From: an uncultured Verrucomicrobia subdivision 3 bacterium
Lineage (GTDB): Bacteria > Verrucomicrobiota > Verrucomicrobiia > Limisphaerales > UBA11358
DNA length: 64,000 nucleotides
Assembly (NCBI GenBank): GCA_903944085.1
Contig: CAJAQO010000038.1
Span: 4,787 to 68,786, forward strand
Direction of reading: 5' to 3'
Shown here: piece by piece, positions 46,943 to 56,515 of the stretch
How positions within the stretch are numbered: the stretch's first letter is position 1
Layout of the letters: each line of letters starts with the position of its first letter
Notes under the pieces: generated by a model
Databases searched by the model: none
Told to the model about the DNA's origin: nothing
The model's input: only the letters and a program-made list of their open reading frames with translations
Program-made: the position numbers and the translations under genes

Positions 46943-47872
46943 TTAAGCCGGCGGCGCGGGCAGCCAATCGTTGAACGGGCGCGCGGTGCCGCAGTCCAGG
47001 CATTGCGTGGCGCTGTATTGCGTGCCGCAGTGCGGGCAGGTGGCCTGCGTGAGAAACGTGTCGAACTGCTGGCCGCATTTGCCGCAGCGCCAGAGCGCGC
47101 CCAGCGGCGGCGGCGTTTTGCAGGAGGGACACGCGAAACCTTCGCGGCGCGGTATCTTGGCGATCTTCGCCAGCGCCCGCGCCTGTTTCAAGCCGCCCCA
47201 ACAATTCATCAGGATGAACGCCGCCATGATGCCCAGCCAGACACCAGAGCTTCGGCTTTCTGAATCGAGGAAAAATATTGCCGCCAAAATAAACAGTGCC
47301 GCCACGCCGATGAAGCCGATGATGCTCGCCGCCAGCAAACTGTTCGCGCGCCCAAAAGGAAACCACAGCAGGGAACGCAGGATTTGTCCGCCGTCCAGCG
47401 GATAGACCGGCATCAGGTTGAAAATCAGCAGCACGAGGTTGATGACCCAGATATTGTGAATCCATTCAGACGCGTCGGGATGCGTGTCATTCCAGCCCAA
47501 ATTTGCTGCCGCCAGCATCAACCCGGTGAGCAGCGGAATCAGCGCCACGTTCACCAGCGGGCCGGCGGCGATGCTCCACAACTGCGCGCCGGGGCGTTGC
47601 GGCGGTGAGACGTAGGCCACGCCGCCGAGCGGCCACAACACGATGTCGTGCGTCTGGCCGCCAACCTGACGGCAGGCGAGCTGATGGCCGAATTCATGCG
47701 TCAACACGATGGCGAACAGCGAAAGATATTCCAGCACGTTCCAGATCAGCGAGGAATACTCGTGCGTGCGAAACTGGATGGAATAAATCGCGACGAGAAA
47801 CCACGACCAATGCACATAGACCGCAATGCCGGCCAGCGTGAAAATCTTGAAGGCACCTCGGTTCGTTGGCAT
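46943..47872 (-). CDS. M50 site-2 protease family protein with C-terminal double zinc ribbon
   Basis: HEFGH in a TM helix, and a LDGG-type motif (YPLDGGQIL). The C-terminus reads CPSC...CGKC...CPHC...CLDC. Confidence 0.85.
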   Translation of the reverse strand: MPTNRGAFKIFTLAGIAVYVHWSWFLVAIYSIQFRTHEYSSLIWNVLEYLSLFAIVLTHEFGHQLACRQVGGQTHDIVLWPLGGVAYVSPPQRPGAQLWSIAAGPLVNVALIPLLTGLMLAAANLGWNDTHPDASEWIHNIWVINLVLLIFNLMPVYPLDGGQILRSLLWFPFGRANSLLAASIIGFIGVAALFILAAIFFLDSESRSSGVWLGIMAAFILMNCWGGLKQARALAKIAKIPRREGFACPSCKTPPPLGALWRCGKCGQQFDTFLTQATCPHCGTQYSATQCLDCGTARPFNDWLPAPPA

Positions 47873-48475
47873 TTAGAGCGCTCCTTTGATCAGCGTGAGC
47901 AATGCCGCGTGCGACTCAACGGCCTTGAACTGCGGAAATTCCGACTTCACTTTTTCCGGCGCGTGAATCAGGAAACCGACGTTCGCCTCGCCGAGCATCG
48001 CCGTGTCGTTGTAGGAATCACCGGCGGAAACGACGTGGTAATTCAGCGACTTCAGCGCGGCGACGGATTTCTGCTTCTGGTTCGGCTGGCGCAATTGATA
48101 GCCGGCGATGCGGTCATTTTCCACGATGAGCCGGTGGCAGAACAGCGTGGGCCAGTTCAATTGCTTCATCAGCGGCTGCGCAAACTGCTCGAACGTGTCC
48201 GACAAAATGATGACCTGCACAAACGAGCGGAGCTCATCGAGAAATTCCTTGCCGCCGGGCAGCGGCCGGAGCGTGCCGATGACTTCCTGAATGTGCGAGA
48301 GCTTGATGCCGTGCCGGTCGAGGATGCCGATGCGATAATTCATCAGCTTGTCGTAATCCGGTTCGTCGCGCGTGGTGCGGCGCAGTTCCGGGATCTTGGT
48401 TTTCTCGGCGACGGCGATCCAGATTTCGGGCGTCAAAACGCCTTCCATGTCCAAAGTGACGATTGCTTGTTTCAC
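47873..48475 (-). CDS. thrH: phosphoserine phosphatase / homoserine phosphotransferase ThrH
   Basis: LDMEGVLTPEIWI (HAD motif I) and GDSYND (motif IV). Similar to ThrH over the full length. Confidence 0.8.
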   Translation of the reverse strand: MKQAIVTLDMEGVLTPEIWIAVAEKTKIPELRRTTRDEPDYDKLMNYRIGILDRHGIKLSHIQEVIGTLRPLPGGKEFLDELRSFVQVIILSDTFEQFAQPLMKQLNWPTLFCHRLIVENDRIAGYQLRQPNQKQKSVAALKSLNYHVVSAGDSYNDTAMLGEANVGFLIHAPEKVKSEFPQFKAVESHAALLTLIKGAL

Positions 48476-48533
48476 GCGGGCGCAGTTTTCCAGAACCCCG
48501 GCGGCATGTCCAGATTGGGAACGGATAAAATCT

Positions 48534-50615
48534 TCAACGCAAATTCCATTCGTTCAGCAGATCCTTGGGGATTTCCGAAAGAAAGCGGGAAGGGGATTGA
48601 TAGGTGTCCACGCCGGACGCGCCAAACCCGCCGCGCATATTTGGATACGTCAGATAAAGCTCGTTCTTCGCGCGCGTGACGGAAACGTAAAACAACCGGC
48701 GTTCCTCCTCCTCGCCATCGTTGCTCGCGGTGGAACGCGCGGAAGGAAATAATCCGTCGCACAGCATGATGACGAACACGATTTCAAACTCCAAGCCCTT
48801 CGCCTGATGAATGGTGGAGAGCTTGATTTTTTCTGTGTCGTCCCCCGGATCATCTTCGGCCTCGACATTGGTGAGCAAGGCAAGCTGCGTAAGAAATTCC
48901 TCCACGCTGCCGAATTGAAACGCAAATTCCGCGAGCTGCTGGATTTCGTCCAGCCGGCGCTCGTAGTTGTCGTAAGTTTCCTTGAGATAATCATCGTAGC
49001 CCGCGTCCATCACCAGCCGCAGCATTTTCGCCGCGTTCCGGCGCGTGTTCTCGGCTTCGAGCTGCGAAATCGTCGCCACAAATTGCGCCCACGCGACGGC
49101 GGCTTTTTTCGGCACGGCCTGCGCGCAGGCTTGAAGCGCGCTGGCAATTTTGCAGGGGACGACGTGAGGAGTCTCTGACTCATTTTCGCTTTCCGCTTTC
49201 CGCCTTCCGCTTTCAATTAGAGTCTCGTCACCTCGGCTCCTGCCTTGAAAAAGTTGAAAAAGTTTTTCCGCTCCCTTCGCACCGATGCCGGGCAAAAGTA
49301 AAACGAGCCGCTTGAACGAAACTTCATCGCGCGGGTTCGCCACAAATTTCAGATACGCCGTCGCATCCTTGATGTGCGCCTGCTCAAAAAAACGGATGCC
49401 GCTGGTGATGGAAAATGGAATCTGCTGCCGCGTCAGCTCAAGCTGCAATTCCAGCGCATGAAAATGCGAGCGGTAAAGCACGGCGATGTGGTTCAAGCTC
49501 GTGCCTTCGTCACGCAGTTCCAGTGCTCGCTGGGCGATGAATTGCGCCTGCTGCCCGGCGTCGTGACATTGCACCAGCGCCGGTTTCACGCCGGATTTGC
49601 GCGCGGGCGAAAGCTCCTTGGCAAACTGGTTCACGTTCGCGGCGATGGCGGCATTGGCGACGTTCAGGATTTCCGGCGTGCTGCGGTAATTCATTTCGAT
49701 CTTGAACACTTTCGCGCCGGGATAACGCTTGGGAAAATCCAGGATGTTCGCAAAATTCGCGCCGCGCCAGGCGTAGATGCTCTGCGCGTCGTCGCCGACG
49801 ACCGTGACGTTGTGGTGCCGCGCGGCGAGCAGGTCAATCAGGTCGCCTTGCAGCTTGTTGGTGTCCTGATATTCGTCCACGAGGATGAACTGGAAGCGCC
49901 GCTGATAATGTTCGCGGATGTCCGCGTGTTCCTGCAGCAGTTTCAGCCACAGCGCGAGCAGGTCGTCGAAATCCATGCCGTTCGTCGCGCGCTTGCGGGC
50001 ATGATAACGTTTCTGCTGGTCGGTGATCTCGGCGGCGAATTGGGAGAAATAACTGAACTGCCCGTCCACCAGTTCTTGAACGGTCTTGTGCGTGTTGGCG
50101 GCGAGCGAAAAAATTTCGTTCAGCACATCCGGTTTGGGAAAATGCTTGTCCTGCTTGTCAATCTTCGCATCCGCCAGGCACGCCTTGATCAAATCCTTCG
50201 CGTCGTCGCGGTCCAGAATGGTGAAATCTTTCTGATAGCCCAACGTATCGGCGTGCAGCCGCAAAACCCGCGCGCCGATGCTGTGAAACGTGCCGCCCCA
50301 AAGCGAACGCAGTTCCTGGCCGAGCAAATCAGAAACGCGGCGCATCATTTCCCCGGCGGCCTTGTTGGTGAACGTGAGCAGCAAAATTCTTTCCGGCGGA
50401 ATGCCCTGTTCGATCAGATACGCCACGCGATAAGTGAGCGTGCGCGTTTTGCCCGAACCCGCGCCGGCGATAACCAGTGCCGGACCGGGCGCGGCGGTGA
50501 CGGCGGCAAGCTGCTGCTCGTTGAGTTCGCGCGCATAGTCAATGTTCAACCGGATCTCCGACGTGAAAGGTTTGAGAACGTATTCGTGCGACATCGCCGC
50601 AGATTCAAACGGCAA
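48534..50615 (-). CDS. uvrD: UvrD/PcrA/Rep-family ATP-dependent DNA helicase
   Basis: AGAGSGKTRTLT (Walker A), LLLTFTNKAA, VDEYQDTN, TIHQAKGLEF and VSVTRA. The start may be the MSHEY Met at 50594. Confidence 0.9.
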   Translation of the reverse strand: MPFESAAMSHEYVLKPFTSEIRLNIDYARELNEQQLAAVTAAPGPALVIAGAGSGKTRTLTYRVAYLIEQGIPPERILLLTFTNKAAGEMMRRVSDLLGQELRSLWGGTFHSIGARVLRLHADTLGYQKDFTILDRDDAKDLIKACLADAKIDKQDKHFPKPDVLNEIFSLAANTHKTVQELVDGQFSYFSQFAAEITDQQKRYHARKRATNGMDFDDLLALWLKLLQEHADIREHYQRRFQFILVDEYQDTNKLQGDLIDLLAARHHNVTVVGDDAQSIYAWRGANFANILDFPKRYPGAKVFKIEMNYRSTPEILNVANAAIAANVNQFAKELSPARKSGVKPALVQCHDAGQQAQFIAQRALELRDEGTSLNHIAVLYRSHFHALELQLELTRQQIPFSITSGIRFFEQAHIKDATAYLKFVANPRDEVSFKRLVLLLPGIGAKGAEKLFQLFQGRSRGDETLIESGRRKAESENESETPHVVPCKIASALQACAQAVPKKAAVAWAQFVATISQLEAENTRRNAAKMLRLVMDAGYDDYLKETYDNYERRLDEIQQLAEFAFQFGSVEEFLTQLALLTNVEAEDDPGDDTEKIKLSTIHQAKGLEFEIVFVIMLCDGLFPSARSTASNDGEEEERRLFYVSVTRAKNELYLTYPNMRGGFGASGVDTYQSPSRFLSEIPKDLLNEWNLR

Positions 50616-50718
50616 ATCGTGCGCGGCAAAAGGAAAAAACGTCGGACAAGTGAAAAACAGGCGTCGCCCAGCCGGACTGCGCCCGCGCCAGCCTCAATTC
50701 GGCTCAAAAAATTGAAGG

Positions 50719-53544
50719 CTATTTTTTGGATTTATTTTCGGCCTTTTCCATGTTCGCTTCGTCCTGCCATTTTTTTACGAGGGGAGCTTTCTGGTCCACT
50801 TCCCGCAGCACGTCATTGGCATCTTCCGGCGAGCGGATGACTTTGGGCCGGAGGAAAACGATCAGCTCCACTTCCTGCGTGGACTTGTCTTTTTTGTTGA
50901 AGGCCCATTTCAGGCCGGGGATGCTGCCGAAAAACGGCGTCTTGCGCAGCGTGTCGGAGACCTGCTTTTGAATGATGCCGCCCACGACCAAAGTCTGACC
51001 GTTCTTGGCCGTCAGATCGGTGCGGAAGTTGCGCGTGTCAAAAACGGCGCCGCCGAGCACCGTTTGGCCGGACACGACCGTTGAAGATTCCGCGTGGATC
51101 TTCAATTCCACATCGCCCGCCGAGTTGATATGCGGCGTGACTTCGAGCACCACGCCAACATCCTTGTATTTGATGGTGGTATTTTGGGCGCCGTTCAGGC
51201 CGGAAACCTGCGATGAATCCGGCACCGGCACTTCCTGGCCGACAAAGAGCTTGCCAGTTTCGTTGTCGCGAATGTTGAGCTGCGGTTCCGCCAGCACCGT
51301 GGCGTCGGTGGTCCTCTTCAAAAACTGCACCAGAAAATCCATGCTGACCGAGCCGGACAACACGCCCGAGCGTAATGAAGTCAATGCTTGGGCGATGCTG
51401 CTGGACGAGGCGGCCGGAGTGTTGACGGTGGTGTTTTGGCCCAACCCTCGTTGATATTGGCCAGAAGCGCTGGCGATGAGCGAATTGTCCAAGTCATCGC
51501 CCGTGAACTGGGTGCCATCGGGCGACCAGCGGACTCCGAGTTTGTCGAGAAAATCGCTGGAGACTTCCACCAGCCGGGCTTCGATCAAAACCTGGTCGGT
51601 GGGCGCATCTAAGTCAGAGATCAATTTTAACACTTGCGGGAAGAAATGAATGTTCGCGGAAATCATCAGCGCGTTGCTCCGCTCGTCGGCCACGGCGCGC
51701 ACGCGGCCCACCAGGTCGCTGACGGGCCGGACAGCATGGGTGTCTGAGGATCGCGTGGCGTTGTCCACCTGTCCGCCGAGCCAGGGGAAATAGCCGTCCA
51801 CCTTCGATTCCGTGCCCAGATCAAAACCAGTTTCCGCCGATGAAGCCTGCGGCTGCTGCTGATTTTGCTGCGCACCGGAATTATTCTGCTGGTTTTGCTG
51901 CGCCACTGCGCGCAACGGCGGCGAGCCGTTTTTGGCAAAAATAATGTTGATGCTGTTGGCCAGATCAATTGCCTTGGCAAATTTCAGGCTGACGTGCAGC
52001 GTGCTTTCACTCGCCTCCGGCGGCTTGTCCAATTGATTGATGATTTGCTCCACGGCCGCCAGATTTTCCTTTGAATTCGCGGTGACAATCAGCGCGTTCG
52101 ATTCCGGCTCGCTGGTGATGCGAACCTTGCCATAGAGTCGGCCCACATCCCGGTCAGGGGTCGAGTTGTCAGAACCTTCGTCAAAAAAATCAAAGTAGCT
52201 CCGCTGCACCTGCTTCTTCAAAAATAATTCGTTCAGCACGTCCTCGATGTCGGAGGCGCTGGCATATTTCATCGGAAAAATCTTCGGCGCGAGGCTGTCA
52301 TCGCTCACCGGCGCATCGAGTTCAGTGATCATTTTCTCGATGGACGCCATCTGCGCCGGCGGTGCCTGCACGATGACGGCGTTGCGCCGGCGGTCGGCCA
52401 CCACGGTCATTTTCTTTCCGGCTTTTTCGGAAGAAGAGTAATTGAAAATGTATCGGGCGCTCACGCTTTGTTCCTGATTGAGATCCTGCAACTGCTTCGC
52501 CACGTCCTGCGCGTCGGCATTTTTGAGGCTGAACGTGCGCATGATTTTTTCCTGCGCCTCCTCGGTGTCCAGCGAGCTGACAAACTGCTGGATGACTTTG
52601 AAATTGGCCGCGCTGGACAAAATCAGCAGCGCATTGGCCTGCTCATCCGCCGAGACTTCGACCGTGTCTTTGAGCGACTTGCCGTTTTTTTTCTGATACA
52701 GCGGCCCGATTTCTTTCGTCAAATCCGCCGCCGACACATGCTTCAGCGGGATGACCCGCACCGTGACATCTTCCGGCTTGTCCGTGTCCAGCGCCGCGAT
52801 GAGTTCGCCGACGGCGCGGATGTTGTCGTTGTAATCCGTGATGATGATTTGGTTGGCCTGCTCGTCCACAAAAATGCCGGCCTTGTCCGAAAGCGCCGTG
52901 CCGATGCGATCTTTCACATCCGAGGCTTGAAGATGTTTCAGCGGAAAAACCTTCACCAGCCGCTGCCGGCCTTCGGGCACATTCGTCTGCGAACCGCCGA
53001 GCAGTTCGGGACTCATCCTCGGCTCCTTGTCCTGCGGCACGATGAGGATGGAGTCGCTGAACTCAATCGCCGAATAGCCTTCCAGCGCCAACGCTCGATA
53101 AACCAGATTGATGGCCTCGCGCTGGCCAATTTTTTTGGAGCTGGTGATGGTCAACTGGCATTGCACCTGCGGATGTTTCAGCACGCTTTTGCCGGTCGTC
53201 TGCGATAGCCACTGCACCACCATGTCAATGTTCGCGCCTTGAAAGCTCAACTGGATTTGATCGGTGGCATTAGTGCCGCTGGCCTGATTGGTGGAGCTGC
53301 CGCTCGTCAGCGGCGCGGAGGGAATCCACGGTCCGGTGTCCTTGCCGGCGGAATCTGACTTTGGCGACGACGAATTATCCGGGCTTGACGGCGGCCCACC
53401 GAAGGAAACGCCGGGCGGCAGGTTGAAATTCCTCGGCGGATTTTGCGCCGACGCCGTCGGCGGCAAACTGAAAAGTATCAGCGCGGCGATCACGCCGGCC
53501 AGCGCGCGGAAGAGCCGTTCGTTTTTATGGGTGGTTGTTTTCAT
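50719..53544 (-). CDS. gspD: type II secretion system secretin GspD
   Basis: Signal peptide, several secretin N-domains, and the C-terminal secretin core (PFFGSIPGLKWAFN...E.ELIVFLRP). Confidence 0.9.
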   Translation of the reverse strand: MKTTTHKNERLFRALAGVIAALILFSLPPTASAQNPPRNFNLPPGVSFGGPPSSPDNSSSPKSDSAGKDTGPWIPSAPLTSGSSTNQASGTNATDQIQLSFQGANIDMVVQWLSQTTGKSVLKHPQVQCQLTITSSKKIGQREAINLVYRALALEGYSAIEFSDSILIVPQDKEPRMSPELLGGSQTNVPEGRQRLVKVFPLKHLQASDVKDRIGTALSDKAGIFVDEQANQIIITDYNDNIRAVGELIAALDTDKPEDVTVRVIPLKHVSAADLTKEIGPLYQKKNGKSLKDTVEVSADEQANALLILSSAANFKVIQQFVSSLDTEEAQEKIMRTFSLKNADAQDVAKQLQDLNQEQSVSARYIFNYSSSEKAGKKMTVVADRRRNAVIVQAPPAQMASIEKMITELDAPVSDDSLAPKIFPMKYASASDIEDVLNELFLKKQVQRSYFDFFDEGSDNSTPDRDVGRLYGKVRITSEPESNALIVTANSKENLAAVEQIINQLDKPPEASESTLHVSLKFAKAIDLANSINIIFAKNGSPPLRAVAQQNQQNNSGAQQNQQQPQASSAETGFDLGTESKVDGYFPWLGGQVDNATRSSDTHAVRPVSDLVGRVRAVADERSNALMISANIHFFPQVLKLISDLDAPTDQVLIEARLVEVSSDFLDKLGVRWSPDGTQFTGDDLDNSLIASASGQYQRGLGQNTTVNTPAASSSSIAQALTSLRSGVLSGSVSMDFLVQFLKRTTDATVLAEPQLNIRDNETGKLFVGQEVPVPDSSQVSGLNGAQNTTIKYKDVGVVLEVTPHINSAGDVELKIHAESSTVVSGQTVLGGAVFDTRNFRTDLTAKNGQTLVVGGIIQKQVSDTLRKTPFFGSIPGLKWAFNKKDKSTQEVELIVFLRPKVIRSPEDANDVLREVDQKAPLVKKWQDEANMEKAENKSKK

Positions 53545-54499
53545 CGGGAGTGTTCGTTGGGAGCAGGCTGTCGCCGCCGTAACCGGAAAAAATCGTCAGT
53601 TCTTTTTTCTGTCCGCCCTGTTCGATCAGCACGCGGTTGATGCCGATGCGGAGCAGTTTCAAATCGTCCAGCGAATCGCCTTCTTTCACCAACCCCGTCT
53701 GTCCGTTCGCCGAACGCAAAAACGCGAACTCGCCGGCAATGCCCAGCAGCCCCATCGGCAGCGGGCGCATCACCGGGCCAAGAATTTCGCTGTCCACAAT
53801 CCGGCTGATCCGCGTTTGCATGGCCGGCGAAAGATCGCCGCCGCGTTTGCCCGGCGGTTGAAACGGATTGAAATTCATGCCGGCCATTTCCGGAGCCGGC
53901 GTCGCGCGCGCATTTTTACTTTCCAGTTTCGTCGCGGACGCGGCGTTGGTTCCAGCGGCGGAGCTTGCCAGCGACACATTTGTGCCTTTTACCGTCGCGT
54001 TGGTTGAAACGGCGATGTTCGTTCCAACTGAATTTGTTTCCAGTCGGGCAACGGAATTGGTTTGCTGCTGCCGATCAATCTGATGGGCGGAATTCGTGTC
54101 TGGGATCGCAGCCAAAATGGTTGTGTTGGTGTTCGTGGCCGAAACCGGCGACAACCCATTTGTTCCCAAGCGCACGACCGAGTTTGATTCGGGCCTCCCG
54201 GTTTCCGCGCGGACCATGGAATTGGAATTTGCGCCGGTGACGGACCGCGCGAGATTGGTTCCCTTGGCCGTGGCTGCCGCCGCCAGGTTTGTCCCGTGCG
54301 CGCCGCCCGGCGGCAGGTTGGTGCTGGCGGTCAGCGAAGGCAGCGCCGGCACGGCCACGCCGCGAAATGGATTCCACCGGACAAAAATTCCGGCCAGTTG
54401 AACCAGCACCAGCACCGCCAGCAGCAGGCAGATGATTTTCAAGATCGGTTCGGCACGTTCCCGGAGTTCACGCATGGGGCACCTCTTTCTGCTGGTCAA
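53525..54499 (-). CDS. T2SS-associated bitopic membrane protein (GspC/PilP-like C-terminus)
   Basis: One TM helix, about 170 aa of T/N/S-rich low-complexity sequence with reiterated NSV.RLETN/GTN motifs, then a short beta-rich C-terminal domain (GLLGIAGEFAFL...GQTGLVKEGD.L...KLLRI..N.V.IE). It occupies the slot immediately before gspD. Confidence 0.5.
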   Translation of the reverse strand: MTSRKRCPMRELRERAEPILKIICLLLAVLVLVQLAGIFVRWNPFRGVAVPALPSLTASTNLPPGGAHGTNLAAAATAKGTNLARSVTGANSNSMVRAETGRPESNSVVRLGTNGLSPVSATNTNTTILAAIPDTNSAHQIDRQQQTNSVARLETNSVGTNIAVSTNATVKGTNVSLASSAAGTNAASATKLESKNARATPAPEMAGMNFNPFQPPGKRGGDLSPAMQTRISRIVDSEILGPVMRPLPMGLLGIAGEFAFLRSANGQTGLVKEGDSLDDLKLLRIGINRVLIEQGGQKKELTIFSGYGGDSLLPTNTPDENNHP

Positions 54500-55028
54500 A
54501 ATCCAAAATGCTGATCGTCAAATTCAGTTTCACCTGGCCGGGACGGCTGTTGTCCGCAGTGAATTGCACCGACTCCACCACCACGGGAAACCCGATGCTG
54601 TTCAGGCTGGCGAGAAACGTCAGCACCGCCGGCACCTGGCCGGAACTTTCGAGCTGCACCGTCGCCAGCGTCTTGCCCGCGCCGCGCGCCGGCGATTCAC
54701 GGATCGGGCCGAGTTGCAGGCCGCCGGCCTTGGCCGCTTGCTGGATGGCCGCGCTTGCGTCGGAGACGACCGTTTCTTTTTTCAACTTCGCCGGGTCCAG
54801 GTGAAATTCATCCATCAGCTTTTTCACGACCAGCACCTTGTCTTCGTAGGGCTGGATTTGCCGCCGGAGATTTTGCGCCTCGACTTCCAACTGCCGGTAG
54901 TCCGAACGTTTGGTGTCAAAAAACTTCCAGACCCGGAATCCGCCGAACAGCGCGAGATAAATCGCGAGGCCAATGCCGGCAATTCGCACGGTGCGCGTTT
55001 CGCGGTCCGTCAGGGGACGCGGCTTCAT
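54468..55028 (-). CDS. gspM: GspM/PilO-like T2SS assembly protein
   Basis: Short cytoplasmic N-terminus, one TM helix, a coiled coil and a periplasmic ferredoxin-like domain. Assignment also rests on position after the gspL-like gene. Confidence 0.6.
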   Translation of the reverse strand: MKPRPLTDRETRTVRIAGIGLAIYLALFGGFRVWKFFDTKRSDYRQLEVEAQNLRRQIQPYEDKVLVVKKLMDEFHLDPAKLKKETVVSDASAAIQQAAKAGGLQLGPIRESPARGAGKTLATVQLESSGQVPAVLTFLASLNSIGFPVVVESVQFTADNSRPGQVKLNLTISILDFDQQKEVPHA

Positions 55029-56515
55029 TGTTTCGTCTCCTTTTTTATAACCGGTGGCGCGGCGGGCGCGGCGGCTGAAACGCCCGGCGGCATCGCGCCT
55101 GGCGGCGCGGGTTTGGCGTCTCTGCCGATTTCGTCCGCCGTCGGCCCGACGGACAGCGCGAGCAGTTGCGCGGCGGGTTTTTCCTGCGCGGCGATGCGCA
55201 CGTTGACTCTTTGGCGGTCCGGCGTGGGCACTTGTTCCTCGACGGTGACGTTCGCAAAAAAGCCGGAGTTGATCAGCTTGGTGCGGAAGTCCGCCACCTG
55301 CTGGCCGTCGCGAAACGCACAGCGCAACGAAACTTCCCCGTGACGGTTCAGCGACAGCGCCTCAAAATGCGTGCCCGGCGGCACGGACTTGGAAAAAATA
55401 TACAGCGCGTCGAGATACGGCGGCTGGCTGGATTTCAAATTGCGCAAAAAATCCAGTTCGCGGTCAATCAGCGTCAGGCGCACGGCTTCGGTTTTGAAGG
55501 CGGCGACTTTTTTGGCGAGATGCGGCTTCAGCAGCAAGGCCTCGGCATACGGCAGCAACAGCAGCGCGACGACCAGCGCGCCGACGCGCACGCCCCATTT
55601 TTTGAAATCAATCGCCGCCAGACTCCTGACCTCGCCGCCGGTTTGTTCGACACGGATGACCAGCGGCGGATGGCCACTCTGGTCCACCATTTTTTTGAGG
55701 CCGGCAATCGCCGCTGACATTCTGGTGTCAGCAGATTCCAGCCATGCGCATTGGCAGCCATTGGCCAGCCTCGGAGAGATTTCCGGGGAAATTTTATTGC
55801 CGGAGAAAAAAAGTTTTGTCCCGGTCGGACTGCTATTGACCGCTTGCGCCAGCGCATCCAATTTTGCGTCTGCCGGGCCGGCGGCGCTTTCACTGCCCCA
55901 AAATAAAATCCGTGAGTTGGTCGCCACGCCCGTTTCAAACACCGTCAATTCCGACTGGTGGCGGCCGATGTCCAGCAGAATGAACGAATCCGCCGCCGGC
56001 GTGCCGAGGTGCGTTCGCGCCAATGCCGCCAAGGTGAATTCCGGTTCCGTGCCGCACGCGCGGAGGATTTCGTGATAGTCCGCGACCACCTCTTTTTTTA
56101 CGGCGGCGACGAGCAATTCCTGTTTCGCCACCGTTCCGTTCGCCGCCGGCGGCCCGCCAAGTTTTTGGCAGCCCCAGGCCAGTTCGTCGGGCGGCAGCGG
56201 AAATTCGCTTTCAATTTGCAGCCGCAGGCGCTGGTGAAATTCTTCCGCCGCACCGGCGGGCAGCGACAGCCGCCGCAGCGAAACGCCGCGCGCGCCGATG
56301 GCGCACACGGCGCGGGCGCGCGGCTGCCAGCTTTTGGCCTGCAAAAATTCTTTCAACGCCGCGATGGTTTTTTCTTTGCATGGCGCGGTGAGCCGTCCGT
56401 CGGGCTGGCGTTCGAGCGGCAATTCCACGCTGTCGTTTTCATGCGCCGCCCGGAGCGCGGTCTGGCCGAATTCGACAAAAACCGGCGGCGGATTGAGGAA
56501 GGAAATTTTTTTCAC
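55025..56515 (-). CDS. gspL: GspL-like protein (PilM-type actin-like cytoplasmic domain + TM + PilN-like periplasmic domain)
   Basis: PilM-like N-terminus (..LRRLSLP...EEF.Q.LRLQIESEFPLPPDELAWG), a central TM helix, and a periplasmic domain. Confidence 0.65.
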   Translation of the reverse strand: MKKISFLNPPPVFVEFGQTALRAAHENDSVELPLERQPDGRLTAPCKEKTIAALKEFLQAKSWQPRARAVCAIGARGVSLRRLSLPAGAAEEFHQRLRLQIESEFPLPPDELAWGCQKLGGPPAANGTVAKQELLVAAVKKEVVADYHEILRACGTEPEFTLAALARTHLGTPAADSFILLDIGRHQSELTVFETGVATNSRILFWGSESAAGPADAKLDALAQAVNSSPTGTKLFFSGNKISPEISPRLANGCQCAWLESADTRMSAAIAGLKKMVDQSGHPPLVIRVEQTGGEVRSLAAIDFKKWGVRVGALVVALLLLPYAEALLLKPHLAKKVAAFKTEAVRLTLIDRELDFLRNLKSSQPPYLDALYIFSKSVPPGTHFEALSLNRHGEVSLRCAFRDGQQVADFRTKLINSGFFANVTVEEQVPTPDRQRVNVRIAAQEKPAAQLLALSVGPTADEIGRDAKPAPPGAMPPGVSAAAPAAPPVIKKETKQ

